Source: a virus
Strand: one strand, 5' to 3'
Length of the DNA: 64,000 bases
IMG/VR virus record: IMGVR_UViG_3300045243_000070
Location: 1-64,000 of that record
Made by a program: the position numbers and the translations under genes. Below, in pieces: positions 8,411 through 17,546 of the stretch (position 1 is its first letter; every line of letters begins with the position of its first letter). The notes beneath the pieces are model-generated. The model ran no database searches. It was not told the DNA's origin and saw only the letters and a list, made by a program, of their open reading frames with translations.

Positions 8411-8823
8411 GAGAATAATTTTAAATTTAAATCGTGTTTAGAAAATGTCCTACCATTTTTTGAAAATGCATAAACATTTTGTAGAGCTCCCGCAATCCTT
8501 TTTACACCTCCGTGGTTATCTGAAACAATCTCTACGCAATCTGGAGCATATTCTGGATGATTTTCAATAAAACAAGCTACCCCATAGCCCGAATATTCGA
8601 TCATTGGAGGGGTTTCGTAGTTATCCAAAGCCCCCGCTATAGACGCAATCAAAGGGTCTATAAAGCCATTTTCAATACCCATATCATGGTCAAGATATAG
8701 AATATCAAAAGGCCCCATACCTATAAGCGCTTTAATCCCATCATCAGGTCTGCGACAAATAACATCAGCACGTATATCCCGCATGTCGTCAATAAGTAAA
8801 TACTTAGGAAGTGTCTTTATCAC
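8407..8823 (-). CDS. Cyclic-phosphate-processing receiver-domain (cREC) protein
   Basis: LLIDDMR, LYLDHDMG, SGYGVACFI and IVSDN motifs; probable GTG start at 8823. Confidence 0.75.
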   Translation of the reverse strand: MIKTLPKYLLIDDMRDIRADVICRRPDDGIKALIGMGPFDILYLDHDMGIENGFIDPLIASIAGALDNYETPPMIEYSGYGVACFIENHPEYAPDCVEIVSDNHGGVKRIAGALQNVYAFSKNGRTFSKHDLNLKLFS

Positions 8824-8825
8824 TA

Positions 8826-10227
8826 TCAAGCCTTTTCTTTGGTCATGTAATTTGGGCATTCAAGCTGTGCCAAACTCAAAGCCCGGTCAAAGTCCAGCTT
8901 ATGGCGCATAGGCAAGCGCTTAAACCTCTGCCATGCCTTATCACTGCCTCCGCATACTTTAAAGCCGTGGTCGTCCATTGCTTTCTTCCACGCCCTGTAG
9001 TGGTCAAGCATGTTCTCTGTGATGCTCTCAAGCGTGTTCTTGAACGTGAATTTTAATAGGTCTTCCGTGGTCTTGTCAAGCTTAATCTTCTCAACACGCT
9101 CGGCCTTAGTTTGCATGCGCTTGGTCAATGTCATGATGTTCTGGACTAAGTAAAGACCAGCCGATGCCTCGGTAGTAAACCCACCCATGATGCTCTTACC
9201 GTCATATTGAATTTCCCAACACGGCTCAGAAAATTTGATTGTAAAATGCTCGTCTATTTTTATCATGATGCCCCCTTAATTATTCTCAATAGATGTCCAC
9301 ACATTAATTTATCGTGTTTAAAAGCTCTGACCAAAGGCCAATAAAAACCGGGGTATTGATTGCCCGATGCTTGATATATTACTTGACCAATACACCCACA
9401 TGATTTCCATGTGCCACACTTTTTTTCGTTGTCGTATTCTCCCCCATAACAAAATTCTACAAAATCACCCTCTTTAATGGCAGTCCCACTCACGTCAAAG
9501 ATTCCTATTTCAATGCCTTTGAATTTTGAAATTATTTCATCGAGCGTCATTTTAATCGTCCCCATGTGTGAAATTGTAAAACTTTATTTGAAGCATTTGG
9601 ATGTGCTGGCGAATAATCACCCTTCCCAAAATCCAAAATATTTTAATCACCTGTTTTGTTTGTGCTACCGTCCAGAGTTTCATACCTTCTTTCCCCGCTT
9701 GAATTTTTCGTTCAAGGCCGAACAAAGCCACCTGTATTCCCTGATGCATTCCTTCCGGCCCCGCTCACCAAAAATTTGCATGTTCATTCCAATAATGCTA
9801 TCCCCATCTTTTGGTTTTATGCTCAGCCACACTTGCCCCGTTTTCCAAGGCTCATCACGTCTTTGCTTTTGGTCTTTACTCGGTGTCCAGTCCTCAATAA
9901 CTACACGGAAAGGCCCGTCAAATGGGCACTTCATGCTTTCACCTCGATGCTCGGACAGCCATAGGAATGCCCATGCTCAATGGGGTCAAGCGCACACAAA
10001 CATTTTGGTTCTTGCTCCTTGACCTCGATGCTCGGCTGTGGTGTTGGGATGAAATGCTTGAGGGTTTTGTTGATGCTCATATCCTTCAATGTTACTTCCT
10101 TATTGCCGGGGTATGTGATGCCCTCAATGACGCTCGTGCTGTAGTGCTCAAAACAGCGCTCAGCAATGCCTCTGTCATTCAATGGGAAGTCTCCCATGCC
10201 TTCGACTATGACGTTGAACCGTGCCAT
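8826..10227 (-). other. Coupled operon of small hypothetical CDS (8826..9266, 9263..9565 YopX-C-like, 9680..9934, 9931..10227)
   Basis: Overlapping stop/start junctions; 9931 ORF starts at ATG 10227 after AGGGGG. Confidence 0.7.
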
Positions 10228-10259
10228 GCTTCCCCCTTTCGATGCTCGATGCTTGAACC

Positions 10260-10288
10260 ATACTACCATGCCTTGACGGAATTGTCAA
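10260..10288 (-). promoter_or_regulatory. sigma70-type early promoter
   Basis: TTGACA-17-TAGTAT. Confidence 0.85.
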
Positions 10289-10608
10289 GCAAAAACTTTC
10301 TCGTCCGCTGAAATAACAATACCCATTCGGGTTAATCTAGTGCTCTCCTCCTCGTTGTAAAGCTTTTCCATCTCTAACCTCGTTAAAAATTCCATGCTCT
10401 TGACCTCAACATACCCCTCAACGAAACCATGCTCATTCATGAAGTCATAGAGATATTCTTTTTCGGTGTACCCAAGGCCCAACTCTTTTTCTACTCGTTG
10501 GTAAATGCACCTATGGATTTCTTCCCCGAATTGTCGAGGGTAAACTACTCCGCTATTCAAGTCTTTCACTGCTGGAATGTACCGCTTACCTTTCACTTTG
10601 ATGCCCAT
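10285..10608 (-). CDS. Hypothetical protein, paralog of 13409..13786
   Basis: Shared YIPAVK..SG.VY and EG[YF]V...TR motifs. Confidence 0.8.
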   Translation of the reverse strand: MGIKVKGKRYIPAVKDLNSGVVYPRQFGEEIHRCIYQRVEKELGLGYTEKEYLYDFMNEHGFVEGYVEVKSMEFLTRLEMEKLYNEEESTRLTRMGIVISADEKVFA

Positions 10609-10667
10609 ATGATTCCCCCTTAGATTAAAAATCGTTCAAGCAATGCCCCAAAGAATGCAATTTCAGC

Positions 10668-10871
10668 CTATACTAGAAACCGCTCTTTCCAGTCCCCGTC
10701 AATGAATTCGTGCACAACCCGCTCTTGAACGTCTAAAATTTGTTTGTATTCATTGCTATAGGAAAACGCTTGTTTCTTTGCCAGCTCAAGGCTATCGCAT
10801 TGGAACCTTAAATCATTCAAGCCCCCTTCAGGATAATAATCCCCGAAAACAAACACTAAAAATCTTGGCAT
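10668..10871 (-). CDS. Hypothetical protein (YYPxGG motif)
   Basis: 67 aa, GAGGGGG RBS. Confidence 0.75.
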   Translation of the reverse strand: MPRFLVFVFGDYYPEGGLNDLRFQCDSLELAKKQAFSYSNEYKQILDVQERVVHEFIDGDWKERFLV

Positions 10872-10919
10872 ACCCTACCCCCTCAGCTTAAATTTAAAAT
10901 CGTTCAAGCAAACACCCTC

Positions 10920-11123
10920 TTAATCAAATAATCGACCTATGGGCACTCTTATCACGGCTTGAGGCACAAAGGCTATAGGCTCGTCTATCCCTTCAAGCTT
11001 GACAGGCAAAGCCCCTCTTTCAAACATGCCGTACACTTCACGAGGGTTTAAAACTATTCCCTCCTTACCCTTAAACTCCCCTACCATAACCCGCACCTTG
11101 TGGCCTATGGTCAAAATTTCCAT
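10920..11123 (-). CDS. KOW/SH3-like small protein
   Basis: GHKVRVMVGEFKGKEGIV. Confidence 0.7.
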   Translation of the reverse strand: MEILTIGHKVRVMVGEFKGKEGIVLNPREVYGMFERGALPVKLEGIDEPIAFVPQAVIRVPIGRLFD

Positions 11124-11214
11124 CCCTTGCCCCCTAGCTTCGATGATTTTACTACCCCGGCCCTGCTACCCTTGGGTAAATAATCGGCCCAAGGATAGCC
11201 CTTTAAATGCAAAA

Positions 11215-11934
11215 CTAGGCCGTTTGGCGTACCACAAAACCGCTATCATCGTATCGTGCTTTTCCTTTAGCGTACAAGGCCACAATTGCCCCCTGATACC
11301 CTTCGAGGAAACGCATATCTGTTTTGTCCCCGTCAATGACTGGACGGCCTAAAAACTCTTTGGGGTAGTCTTTACCACCAAAAACTACTGCAACATTAAT
11401 CCCATTTTCAAGCGCAAGCTTTACCTCGTTTTCATTCTTTTCAGAACGGGAAAATGTCACATGGTAATTTTTAATATTGTTTTTGGCATTCAAGGCCTTT
11501 TTAATGTCTTTGGTATAATCGTAAAATTGCACGTTAGGAAATTGCTCAAAAACATTTTTCCCGTCATAAGGCTTGAAGTTTTCCCACCTTATGTCACTAG
11601 TGCCATTTAAGCGGACAAAAGCCCTTTTGCCTTCTTTGGTGGCCTTGCGCTCTAAAGCCTCAATTTCCTTTTTCATGGTTTCAAAAAAGAGGGGTTTATT
11701 CTCAAAAAAGAAATTGGTTTTTCTTAAACGGCCTTTAATCACTGGAGCCATAACACCCCGCCCCGCTGAAAATAGGCACGTCTTAACGCAACCATTGGAA
11801 GCAAAAGGGCAAACGTTACCGTGCCCTCCTGCCTTGTGAGGGGTCAAATAAAGAATTGACCCCGTCCAGTCTACTGTTTCAGACTTTTTTGTCTTATTAT
11901 TCTTAACCGCTTGCGAAAGAACCGTGTTTGTCAT
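11215..11934 (-). CDS. Phage Gp88-like (radical-SAM-related) protein
   Basis: CPFASNGCVKTC cysteine motif, RLNGTSDI, FYDYTK. Confidence 0.8.
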   Translation of the reverse strand: MTNTVLSQAVKNNKTKKSETVDWTGSILYLTPHKAGGHGNVCPFASNGCVKTCLFSAGRGVMAPVIKGRLRKTNFFFENKPLFFETMKKEIEALERKATKEGKRAFVRLNGTSDIRWENFKPYDGKNVFEQFPNVQFYDYTKDIKKALNAKNNIKNYHVTFSRSEKNENEVKLALENGINVAVVFGGKDYPKEFLGRPVIDGDKTDMRFLEGYQGAIVALYAKGKARYDDSGFVVRQTA

Positions 11935-11966
11935 ATCAAGCCCCCTTGATGTTTAACTACTCTTGA

Positions 11967-12068
11967 ATATTAACAGACAGTCAAGGAATAGTCAATAGGA
12001 AAATAATTTATTTTACGTGATAAAATAAACCAACCTATTAGAATACCATACTTTCCCGGTTTTGTCAA
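11967..12068 (-). promoter_or_regulatory. Two tandem sigma70-type promoters
   Basis: TTGACT-17-TAATAT (11967-11995) and TTGACA-17-TATTCT (12040-12068). Confidence 0.8.
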
Positions 12069-12082
12069 GCGTTAAATAAAAT

Positions 12083-12116
12083 AAAAAAGCCGTACCTTGG
12101 GGGCAAGGCACGGCTT
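12083..12116 (-). terminator. Intrinsic terminator
   Basis: AAGCCGT..CCTTG/CAAGG..ACGGCTT stem plus T-run. Confidence 0.75.
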
Positions 12117-12144
12117 AACCTGCTGAAAAAGAGAAGTTAGAGAA

Positions 12145-12504
12145 TCAAATAAACGGTTTCCAGCCGTCCTCCTTAGCCAGTTTTCCAATTATGGCGTTAT
12201 AGACTTGCGCCTTGCTGGAATAATACTCGTAATTTTCTTCCCCCGGCCTAAAATTCTCCCATTGGTTAATGGGGGCAAGCCTAAGAATTTCCTCTTTTAA
12301 GCCCCCGCCCTCGTAATAATCAATAAAGCCCTGAAGATTATAATGGGCAATAAAACCACTAGCGAGGGAAAGGAAATTGTACCCTGTTTTATTAAGCTGG
12401 TTAATGTCCTTGCAAGCCTTAACCACGTTGTTAACAATCAAGGCCTGCTTTTGCTTACTTAACGGCTCAATGCCTTTTCTCTTCACTTCGTTTAAAGCTT
12501 CCAT
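12145..12504 (-). CDS. Hypothetical early protein
   Basis: 119 aa, AAGGGGG RBS, SGFIAHYN motif. Confidence 0.8.
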   Translation of the reverse strand: MEALNEVKRKGIEPLSKQKQALIVNNVVKACKDINQLNKTGYNFLSLASGFIAHYNLQGFIDYYEGGGLKEEILRLAPINQWENFRPGEENYEYYSSKAQVYNAIIGKLAKEDGWKPFI

Positions 12505-12541
12505 GCTCTGCCCCCTTGATGCTTATATGCTCAACGGATTA

Positions 12542-12635
12542 ATGCTACCATGCCTCTATGGTATTGTCAAGTATAAAAATATGGTGCTTGAATGAATTAA
12601 CCCCTCAGTATACCAAAAAAGTTTTTACTTGTCAA
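12542..12635 (-). promoter_or_regulatory. Two tandem sigma70-type promoters
   Basis: TTGACA-17-TAGCAT (12542-12570) and TTGACA-17-TATACT (12607-12635). Confidence 0.82.
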
Positions 12636-12643
12636 GTAAAAAA

Positions 12644-12868
12644 TTAAGGTAGGGGAAAGAAACCAATTGCCTTTAAAAGCAATTTAATATTATAAAGGGC
12701 TTGCTCTTGCGTGAAACCTATTTCACTGACACCTTGCCCCGGCACGTCAAGCAAAAAGGGCATATCATCATTGAAAGGCTGGTAAACAATTGACCCTTGA
12801 TAGGCATTAAAGCCCAAAGACCCTTGAATATAATTTGTTAGTGAACCGTTGACATAATAGTTTTCCAT
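12644..12868 (-). CDS. Hypothetical protein
   Basis: 74-aa ORF on the coding strand. Confidence 0.6.
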   Translation of the reverse strand: MENYYVNGSLTNYIQGSLGFNAYQGSIVYQPFNDDMPFLLDVPGQGVSEIGFTQEQALYNIKLLLKAIGFFPLP

Positions 12869-12930
12869 GCCTTAGGCTAAAATTTAATTGTTTTGGCAGG
12901 GGTAGGATAGCGGACTGGTTAAAATGACAC

Positions 12931-12967
12931 AAAAAAAGCCCCTTAGAATGTAAATCCAAGGGGCTTT
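12931..12967 (-). terminator. Intrinsic terminator
   Basis: AAAGCCCCTT/AAGGGGCTTT stem plus T-run. Confidence 0.78.
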
Positions 12968-12985
12968 AAACGGCCTTTAATGCTT

Positions 12986-13276
12986 TTACTTCTTAGCCTT
13001 GACCGTTACCTTATTGAAAAGCGCAACATTAATATAAGGGTCAAGCTTTTCACCAAAAACGGGTTTCAATGTTTCCAGTGAAACCGTTTCCCGTCTTTGG
13101 GGTTGAACCATGACGAGGAATGACCCCGTATTGATTTCAGTTTTCCCCATGCTTTCAAAGAAGTCTTTCAATTCACCCTCTTCTTTTTCAAGCAAAGACT
13201 TTTGGTCTTTGATTAACTTAAGCCTTTTGGCCTTTTCGTTAATCGTCTCAATTTCTTTTCGTGCTTTTGTCGGCAT
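12986..13276 (-). CDS. Small coiled-coil plus beta protein (distant Gam/Gp157-like fold possible)
   Basis: 96 aa, AAAGGGGG RBS; family guess weak. Confidence 0.7.
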   Translation of the reverse strand: MPTKARKEIETINEKAKRLKLIKDQKSLLEKEEGELKDFFESMGKTEINTGSFLVMVQPQRRETVSLETLKPVFGEKLDPYINVALFNKVTVKAKK

Positions 13277-13296
13277 AATGCCCCCTTTAAAATTTT

Positions 13297-13371
13297 AGCG
13301 GAAAAAGAGTCTTTAAGGTTATTTTGCCTTAACACTAACTAGCGCTTTTACCCTCTTGCGCTTTCCCCGCT
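13297..13371 (-). promoter_or_regulatory. Structured 5' leader
   Basis: 11-bp closing stem AGCGGGGAAAG/CTTTTTCCGCT enclosing two hairpins, between promoter and RBS. Confidence 0.55.
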
Positions 13372-13378
13372 TTAAAAT

Positions 13379-13407
13379 ATACTACCAAAAAATCCCTTCC
13401 CTGTCAA
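13379..13407 (-). promoter_or_regulatory. sigma70-type early promoter
   Basis: TTGACA-17-TAGTAT. Confidence 0.85.
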
Positions 13408-13408
13408 G

Positions 13409-13786
13409 TTAAAAATTATCTGGACATAACCCCTTTCTTTGTAAAGTAAATGTTTCGCCTAAATGATAACCCCCATGATATTCGACCCCTTTTTGTTTTA
13501 AATGCTTGTCAAGCGCTTTCCTTGTGAAATAGTCCCCGGTATTTAGAGAAACAAAACCCTCAATTAGTTTGCATTCTTCACTGTCATAATCCCTTTCATT
13601 GTAAGGGATTTTAAAGATATCCGCAACCCTGATAAAAACATCATGGTGCGTTCTGTCTTCAGGCAAAGCCATGTAAACTTTACCGCTTTCCTTATGCTTG
13701 ACGGCTGGAATATACCCCTCTTTAATTCTTTGCTTGACTAAAATAGCCTCTAAGCTTTCAAACCTTCTTAATTTTAATATTGTCAT
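13409..13786 (-). CDS. Hypothetical protein, paralog of 10285..10608
   Basis: Shared YIPAVK and EGFV motifs. Confidence 0.8.
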   Translation of the reverse strand: MTILKLRRFESLEAILVKQRIKEGYIPAVKHKESGKVYMALPEDRTHHDVFIRVADIFKIPYNERDYDSEECKLIEGFVSLNTGDYFTRKALDKHLKQKGVEYHGGYHLGETFTLQRKGLCPDNF

Positions 13787-13796
13787 TTAATGCCCC

Positions 13797-14027
13797 TTAT
13801 CTTACATCAAAAACAATGGCTTTACTTACTGGGTTTTGGTATGGCTTGCCATTGTAAGCGTATTCAACCGGGTTTCCGTGCTTGTCCGTTTCCATAATTT
13901 CGGGTTTTTCTGCGTTTCTGTTTTGGCTTCCCCCCTCATCAGCGTCATGCCACATGATAAGCACTTCCATATCATCAGAAACCCCGTCAAGGTTATTAAT
14001 CATTTTTTTAAAATCGCCTAGTTTCAT
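13797..14027 (-). CDS. Hypothetical protein
   Basis: 76 aa, AAGGGGG RBS. Confidence 0.75.
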   Translation of the reverse strand: MKLGDFKKMINNLDGVSDDMEVLIMWHDADEGGSQNRNAEKPEIMETDKHGNPVEYAYNGKPYQNPVSKAIVFDVR

Positions 14028-14090
14028 CTTATGCCCCCTTGAATTAAAAATCGTTCAACTAACAGCCCTTTAAATGTAATTTCGACCCTT

Positions 14091-15323
14091 TTAAGCTTTG
14101 ACCCCCTCAACGAATTGCGCCCTTGTGATAACCGTTTCCTTGACCCCTTTAAATTCATTATGAGCCTTAACAGTAGCCTTGACAATTAAGCCGTCAACGT
14201 CCTGCGCTCCTTCGTTAAATCCAAAACCAAAAGACGTTGAAAACCATGAAAGAGAATTGCCCTTTTCATCTTTAAATTTTAATAATGCGCTCTTGCCATA
14301 ATCGCCTTCGATGAAACGGACATATACGAGTTTAGCCTTGACATTTACAAGCTTGTCCTTAATGCCCCCTAAAAATTCGCTAGTGATGGAAGGCTTTTCA
14401 ATCTTAACAAAATCAGGGGTTAAATTATTAGCTTTCATGTAAGCCCAAACACTGGAAACGACAAGCCCCATATAACGGCTTTCAACGGCTTGACCCTTTA
14501 ACAGTGTTTTAATGTTTTGCTCATATTCCCCGGTAGGGTTAATGCTTGCGCCCCATGAAATGACGTTTAAAGCGGTTTCCCTGTCTTGCCCGTTTGGTGT
14601 GATAACCTTGTCCTCTATTTTCCGGTAGTCTTCACCCTTTAGGCCCCGGTAATTCACTTGCTCCCAAACTAGGCCCCCCGTTGAGGGTAGGCCGTTCTCA
14701 TCGCTTTTCGCCTTGCTCCTGTAAAATCCGCTCTTGCGAATAACAGCGCTAGAAAGGGACAGTATGTCAAGCAATGAGGGCAAACAATGCGCCCCATGAC
14801 TGGAAGAATCCCCGCCCCCTATGTTTCCCCCTGCGGTTTCTAAAAATTCGGCAATTTGAGCAAGAAATTCGGGGTTATGGTTAAAGCCCATAAAATCTTT
14901 TAAACAGCTTGAACCTACTTGGATGATAGCCCCTATTTCATCCTTTAATAAAAACGTGCTATTTCTAACCCGGTTAATTTTGCAATGGTCACATAAGCAA
15001 AGCCTAGTCAACCAATCGGCAGGGACAGGGTTGTCCATGTCAAAACGCCTTATGATGTTTCCCCCTTCCCTATGGTCAAGGCTTGCGACAAAGGAATAAC
15101 CATTAATAAAAGGGGCTTTCCCGTCAATGGAACCACAAACAACGTTTAAAACCTTTTCAATGCTTGACCCGTCCGGCAATTGCTCAAAGAAGGTTAGAAC
15201 GTCCCGCCCCGTTTCAATCAAGGTAATTTCTGGACAACCTATTTTAACCGCTTTCCTGTTAAGCTTTTCGACTTGCTTTTTAAAATCATCCCATTTATAA
15301 ACAGGGATTTTAAAGTCTTTCAT
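14091..15323 (-). CDS. 410-aa early protein with Zn-binding motif and probable C-terminal OB fold
   Basis: CDHC...R...QVGSSCLKDF; C-terminal VKATVKAHNEFKGVKETVITRA. Confidence 0.8.
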   Translation of the reverse strand: MKDFKIPVYKWDDFKKQVEKLNRKAVKIGCPEITLIETGRDVLTFFEQLPDGSSIEKVLNVVCGSIDGKAPFINGYSFVASLDHREGGNIIRRFDMDNPVPADWLTRLCLCDHCKINRVRNSTFLLKDEIGAIIQVGSSCLKDFMGFNHNPEFLAQIAEFLETAGGNIGGGDSSSHGAHCLPSLLDILSLSSAVIRKSGFYRSKAKSDENGLPSTGGLVWEQVNYRGLKGEDYRKIEDKVITPNGQDRETALNVISWGASINPTGEYEQNIKTLLKGQAVESRYMGLVVSSVWAYMKANNLTPDFVKIEKPSITSEFLGGIKDKLVNVKAKLVYVRFIEGDYGKSALLKFKDEKGNSLSWFSTSFGFGFNEGAQDVDGLIVKATVKAHNEFKGVKETVITRAQFVEGVKA

Positions 15324-15357
15324 GTCTTGCCCCCTAGCTGGTTTTCACTACTCTTTT

Positions 15358-15386
15358 ATAATAGCAAAAAAGGGGGATAGTGTCAA
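15358..15386 (-). promoter_or_regulatory. sigma70-type early promoter
   Basis: TTGACA-17-TATTAT. Confidence 0.85.
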
Positions 15387-15725
15387 TGCTTGCCCCTAGT
15401 ATTTAACGGCTTAATGCTTTTAGGTAGTTTATAACCATTTTGTAGGAATCTACATTATTGTAGAATGCCTTCCATAACGAAAAAAATTTCCCCTAGTGTA
15501 ATTTTGACCCTTAAAAACAGTCTAGATAAGCGCCCCCTAAAAACCCGCCAAACTTTGGGAGCATAGAAAACCGTTTGGCCTATTTTTACATTCTATAGGC
15601 CTTTAATTGAAAGATTTTTTATCATAGGGCAATCTTATAAAAAACTTTTTATCTTTTAGTTAAGGCCCTGTTATGTGTAAGAAATAACAACCCCGGCCCT
15701 CTCAAAATTTTTTATAAAAACTTTC

Positions 15726-15754
15726 ATCATATCATAAAAAATCTTTTTTGTCAA
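15726..15754 (-). promoter_or_regulatory. sigma70-type promoter with no adjacent ORF
   Basis: TTGACA-17-TATGAT. Confidence 0.7.
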
Positions 15755-16063
15755 GTAAAATAAATTTCACGACAAAAAAACTTTGCATTTAAACTCGATT
15801 TGAGCCCATGATTTTTTATAAAAAGGTTTTTTGTTAGCCTGCAATAAAAGGCCCTTTTACACTGCCCCGTTTTTGCATTCTTTGGGGCTTTTTCTGCACG
15901 GTTTTTTCTTTCGCATAAGGGCAATATGCGCCCACCCCCTGCCGTGGTACGCTCTGAGGGGCAGGGTAGGGACAAGTAAAAGAGGTTAAAAGAGTCTAAA
16001 AAGCGAATCTAGGGGGATAAATAGGGGCTTGTGGGACAGTAAAGGCATGAAAAAAGGGGAAAT

Positions 16064-16099
16064 AAAAAAGCCCCTACCTTTGGGGAAAGGAGGGGCTTT
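16064..16099 (-). terminator. Intrinsic terminator (possibly bidirectional)
   Basis: AAAGCCCCT..CCTTT/AAAGG..AGGGGCTTT. Confidence 0.78.
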
Positions 16100-16122
16100 A
16101 ACTACTTGAAAGGGGTTTTTGT

Positions 16123-16578
16123 TTAAGCGTTAACCTCTTCCACGTTCAAAGCTTCTTTCAAGGCCTTGACCCCTTCTTGAAAATACTTAATCATATCGAG
16201 CCGATTGTTTTGAGCGCTTGAACCGTTGCGCCCCTTTGCCATTTCATCGAAAAGAGTTTTGATTCTCGTTTCCATGTATTCAATGGCTCCCAAAGAGTTT
16301 TGAAGGCCTTGGGGGGCTTCTACGTCAAAATCAATTGTTATTTCCAAGGCTTCAAGCAAGCGCCTAACTTTGCTTTGATGTCTTTGGGTTGACGTTGAAT
16401 AGCGGTAAGAATTGAAAAACACTTTCCCGCCTATAACCTTGACGAATTCCCACCAATTGTAGGAAAGAGCGGTTTTTGTTTCAGGGTTAAATGTTACGTT
16501 AACCCCTTTGTAAATCCCCGCCCTTTTCATAAACTTCAAAGCGGTTTTTTCCTTCACTACTTCAAGAATTTGATTCAT
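16123..16578 (-). CDS. Hypothetical early protein
   Basis: ATG 16578 with AAGGGGG RBS; YSTSTQRHQSKV motif. Confidence 0.8.
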   Translation of the reverse strand: MNQILEVVKEKTALKFMKRAGIYKGVNVTFNPETKTALSYNWWEFVKVIGGKVFFNSYRYSTSTQRHQSKVRRLLEALEITIDFDVEAPQGLQNSLGAIEYMETRIKTLFDEMAKGRNGSSAQNNRLDMIKYFQEGVKALKEALNVEEVNA

Positions 16579-16718
16579 TTTCTGCCCCCTTAAATTTATT
16601 TTCTTCCACCAAAAAAACCCTCTCAAAAAACTCTACGTCTATATCTGATATCATGCCCCCTTCTTTAGCGCTTGTCAAGCGTTCTTCATTTAATTTTTTT
16701 AGTCTTTCCCGTACCATG

Positions 16719-16958
16719 TTAAACCCCCTTAGCTTGTTTTAATAGTTTACGATGTCCACCCTCAATTTTCAAGCGCTTTAATACTTCCCCATAGGGATGA
16801 GCCCCGCAAGTAGTCCAATCAATTTCAGCATTGCAAGCCCACAAAATTTCAGGCTCAATAAGGATAACGGAAATTACCCCTTCATTTTTTACGATAATTA
16901 GCCCCTGCCCGTCACTATCTTTCCAGAATGAGATTGTTATACCTTCTTTGGCTTGCAT
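16719..16958 (-). CDS. Hypothetical protein
   Basis: 79 aa, GAGGGGG RBS. Confidence 0.7.
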   Translation of the reverse strand: MQAKEGITISFWKDSDGQGLIIVKNEGVISVILIEPEILWACNAEIDWTTCGAHPYGEVLKRLKIEGGHRKLLKQAKGV

Positions 16959-16972
16959 GTCTTGCCCCCTCG

Positions 16973-17003
16973 AAAAAATGCCCCCTAGCGTTAACTAGGG
17001 GGA
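16973..17003 (-). terminator. Intrinsic terminator
   Basis: CCCCCTAG/CTAGGGGG stem plus T-run. Confidence 0.72.
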
Positions 17004-17016
17004 TTAAACCGTGCCT

Positions 17017-17271
17017 TTAGTAGTCCTCTAAGCTGTCTAGCTTGTCATCCTGAAGGCTTTCAATATAGCTTTCCCTCTCGTTTTCAATGTCTTCAGACAA
17101 TAAAACCTCATCCATCTCTTCTGATAACCGCTCGTTTTCTTTTTCCTCCTGCAAGCATTCGGCGCAAAGAATCGAACCGTCAAGGGCTAACTTTCCTTCA
17201 CCCTCTTTCAATTCGATAAAACAATCTCCGCATTCTAACAGCGGGTTTTTCTCTTTAACTTGGTTTGACAT
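17017..17271 (-). CDS. Very acidic Zn-finger protein
   Basis: CGDC..CAEC then Glu/Asp-rich tail. Confidence 0.8.
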   Translation of the reverse strand: MSNQVKEKNPLLECGDCFIELKEGEGKLALDGSILCAECLQEEKENERLSEEMDEVLLSEDIENERESYIESLQDDKLDSLEDY

Positions 17272-17304
17272 ATCACACCCCCAAAAGTTTTTAACTACAC
17301 TGAT

Positions 17305-17332
17305 ATATTATCAATTAGAAAAAGATTGTCAA
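17305..17332 (-). promoter_or_regulatory. sigma70-type early promoter
   Basis: TTGACA-16-TAATAT. Confidence 0.78.
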
Positions 17333-17495
17333 GCGTTTAAAAACATTTATTTAATTTATTTTAGAGGTAGGCTGGAAGGGGTAGCCTTTGAGCATTTACA
17401 CGTTTTAAAAGGGGTCAATTTTGCATTCTTTGGGGGTTTATTTCGCCCCTGTAGACTCCACACATAGGGCCAATAAAGGCCTCGTAAAGAGGATT

Positions 17496-17532
17496 AAAAA
17501 AAAGGCCCATTCTGTGTAAGAATGAGCCTTTT
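17496..17532 (-). terminator. Intrinsic terminator
   Basis: AAAGGCCCATTCT/AGAATGAGCCTTT stem flanked by A/T runs. Confidence 0.78.
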
Positions 17533-17546
17533 AAATCGACTAGGTT

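Noticed and set aside
13289-13299. AAATTTTAGC resembling the late motif
   Set aside because: Partial match, antisense to early genes, with no downstream plus-strand gene; likely chance
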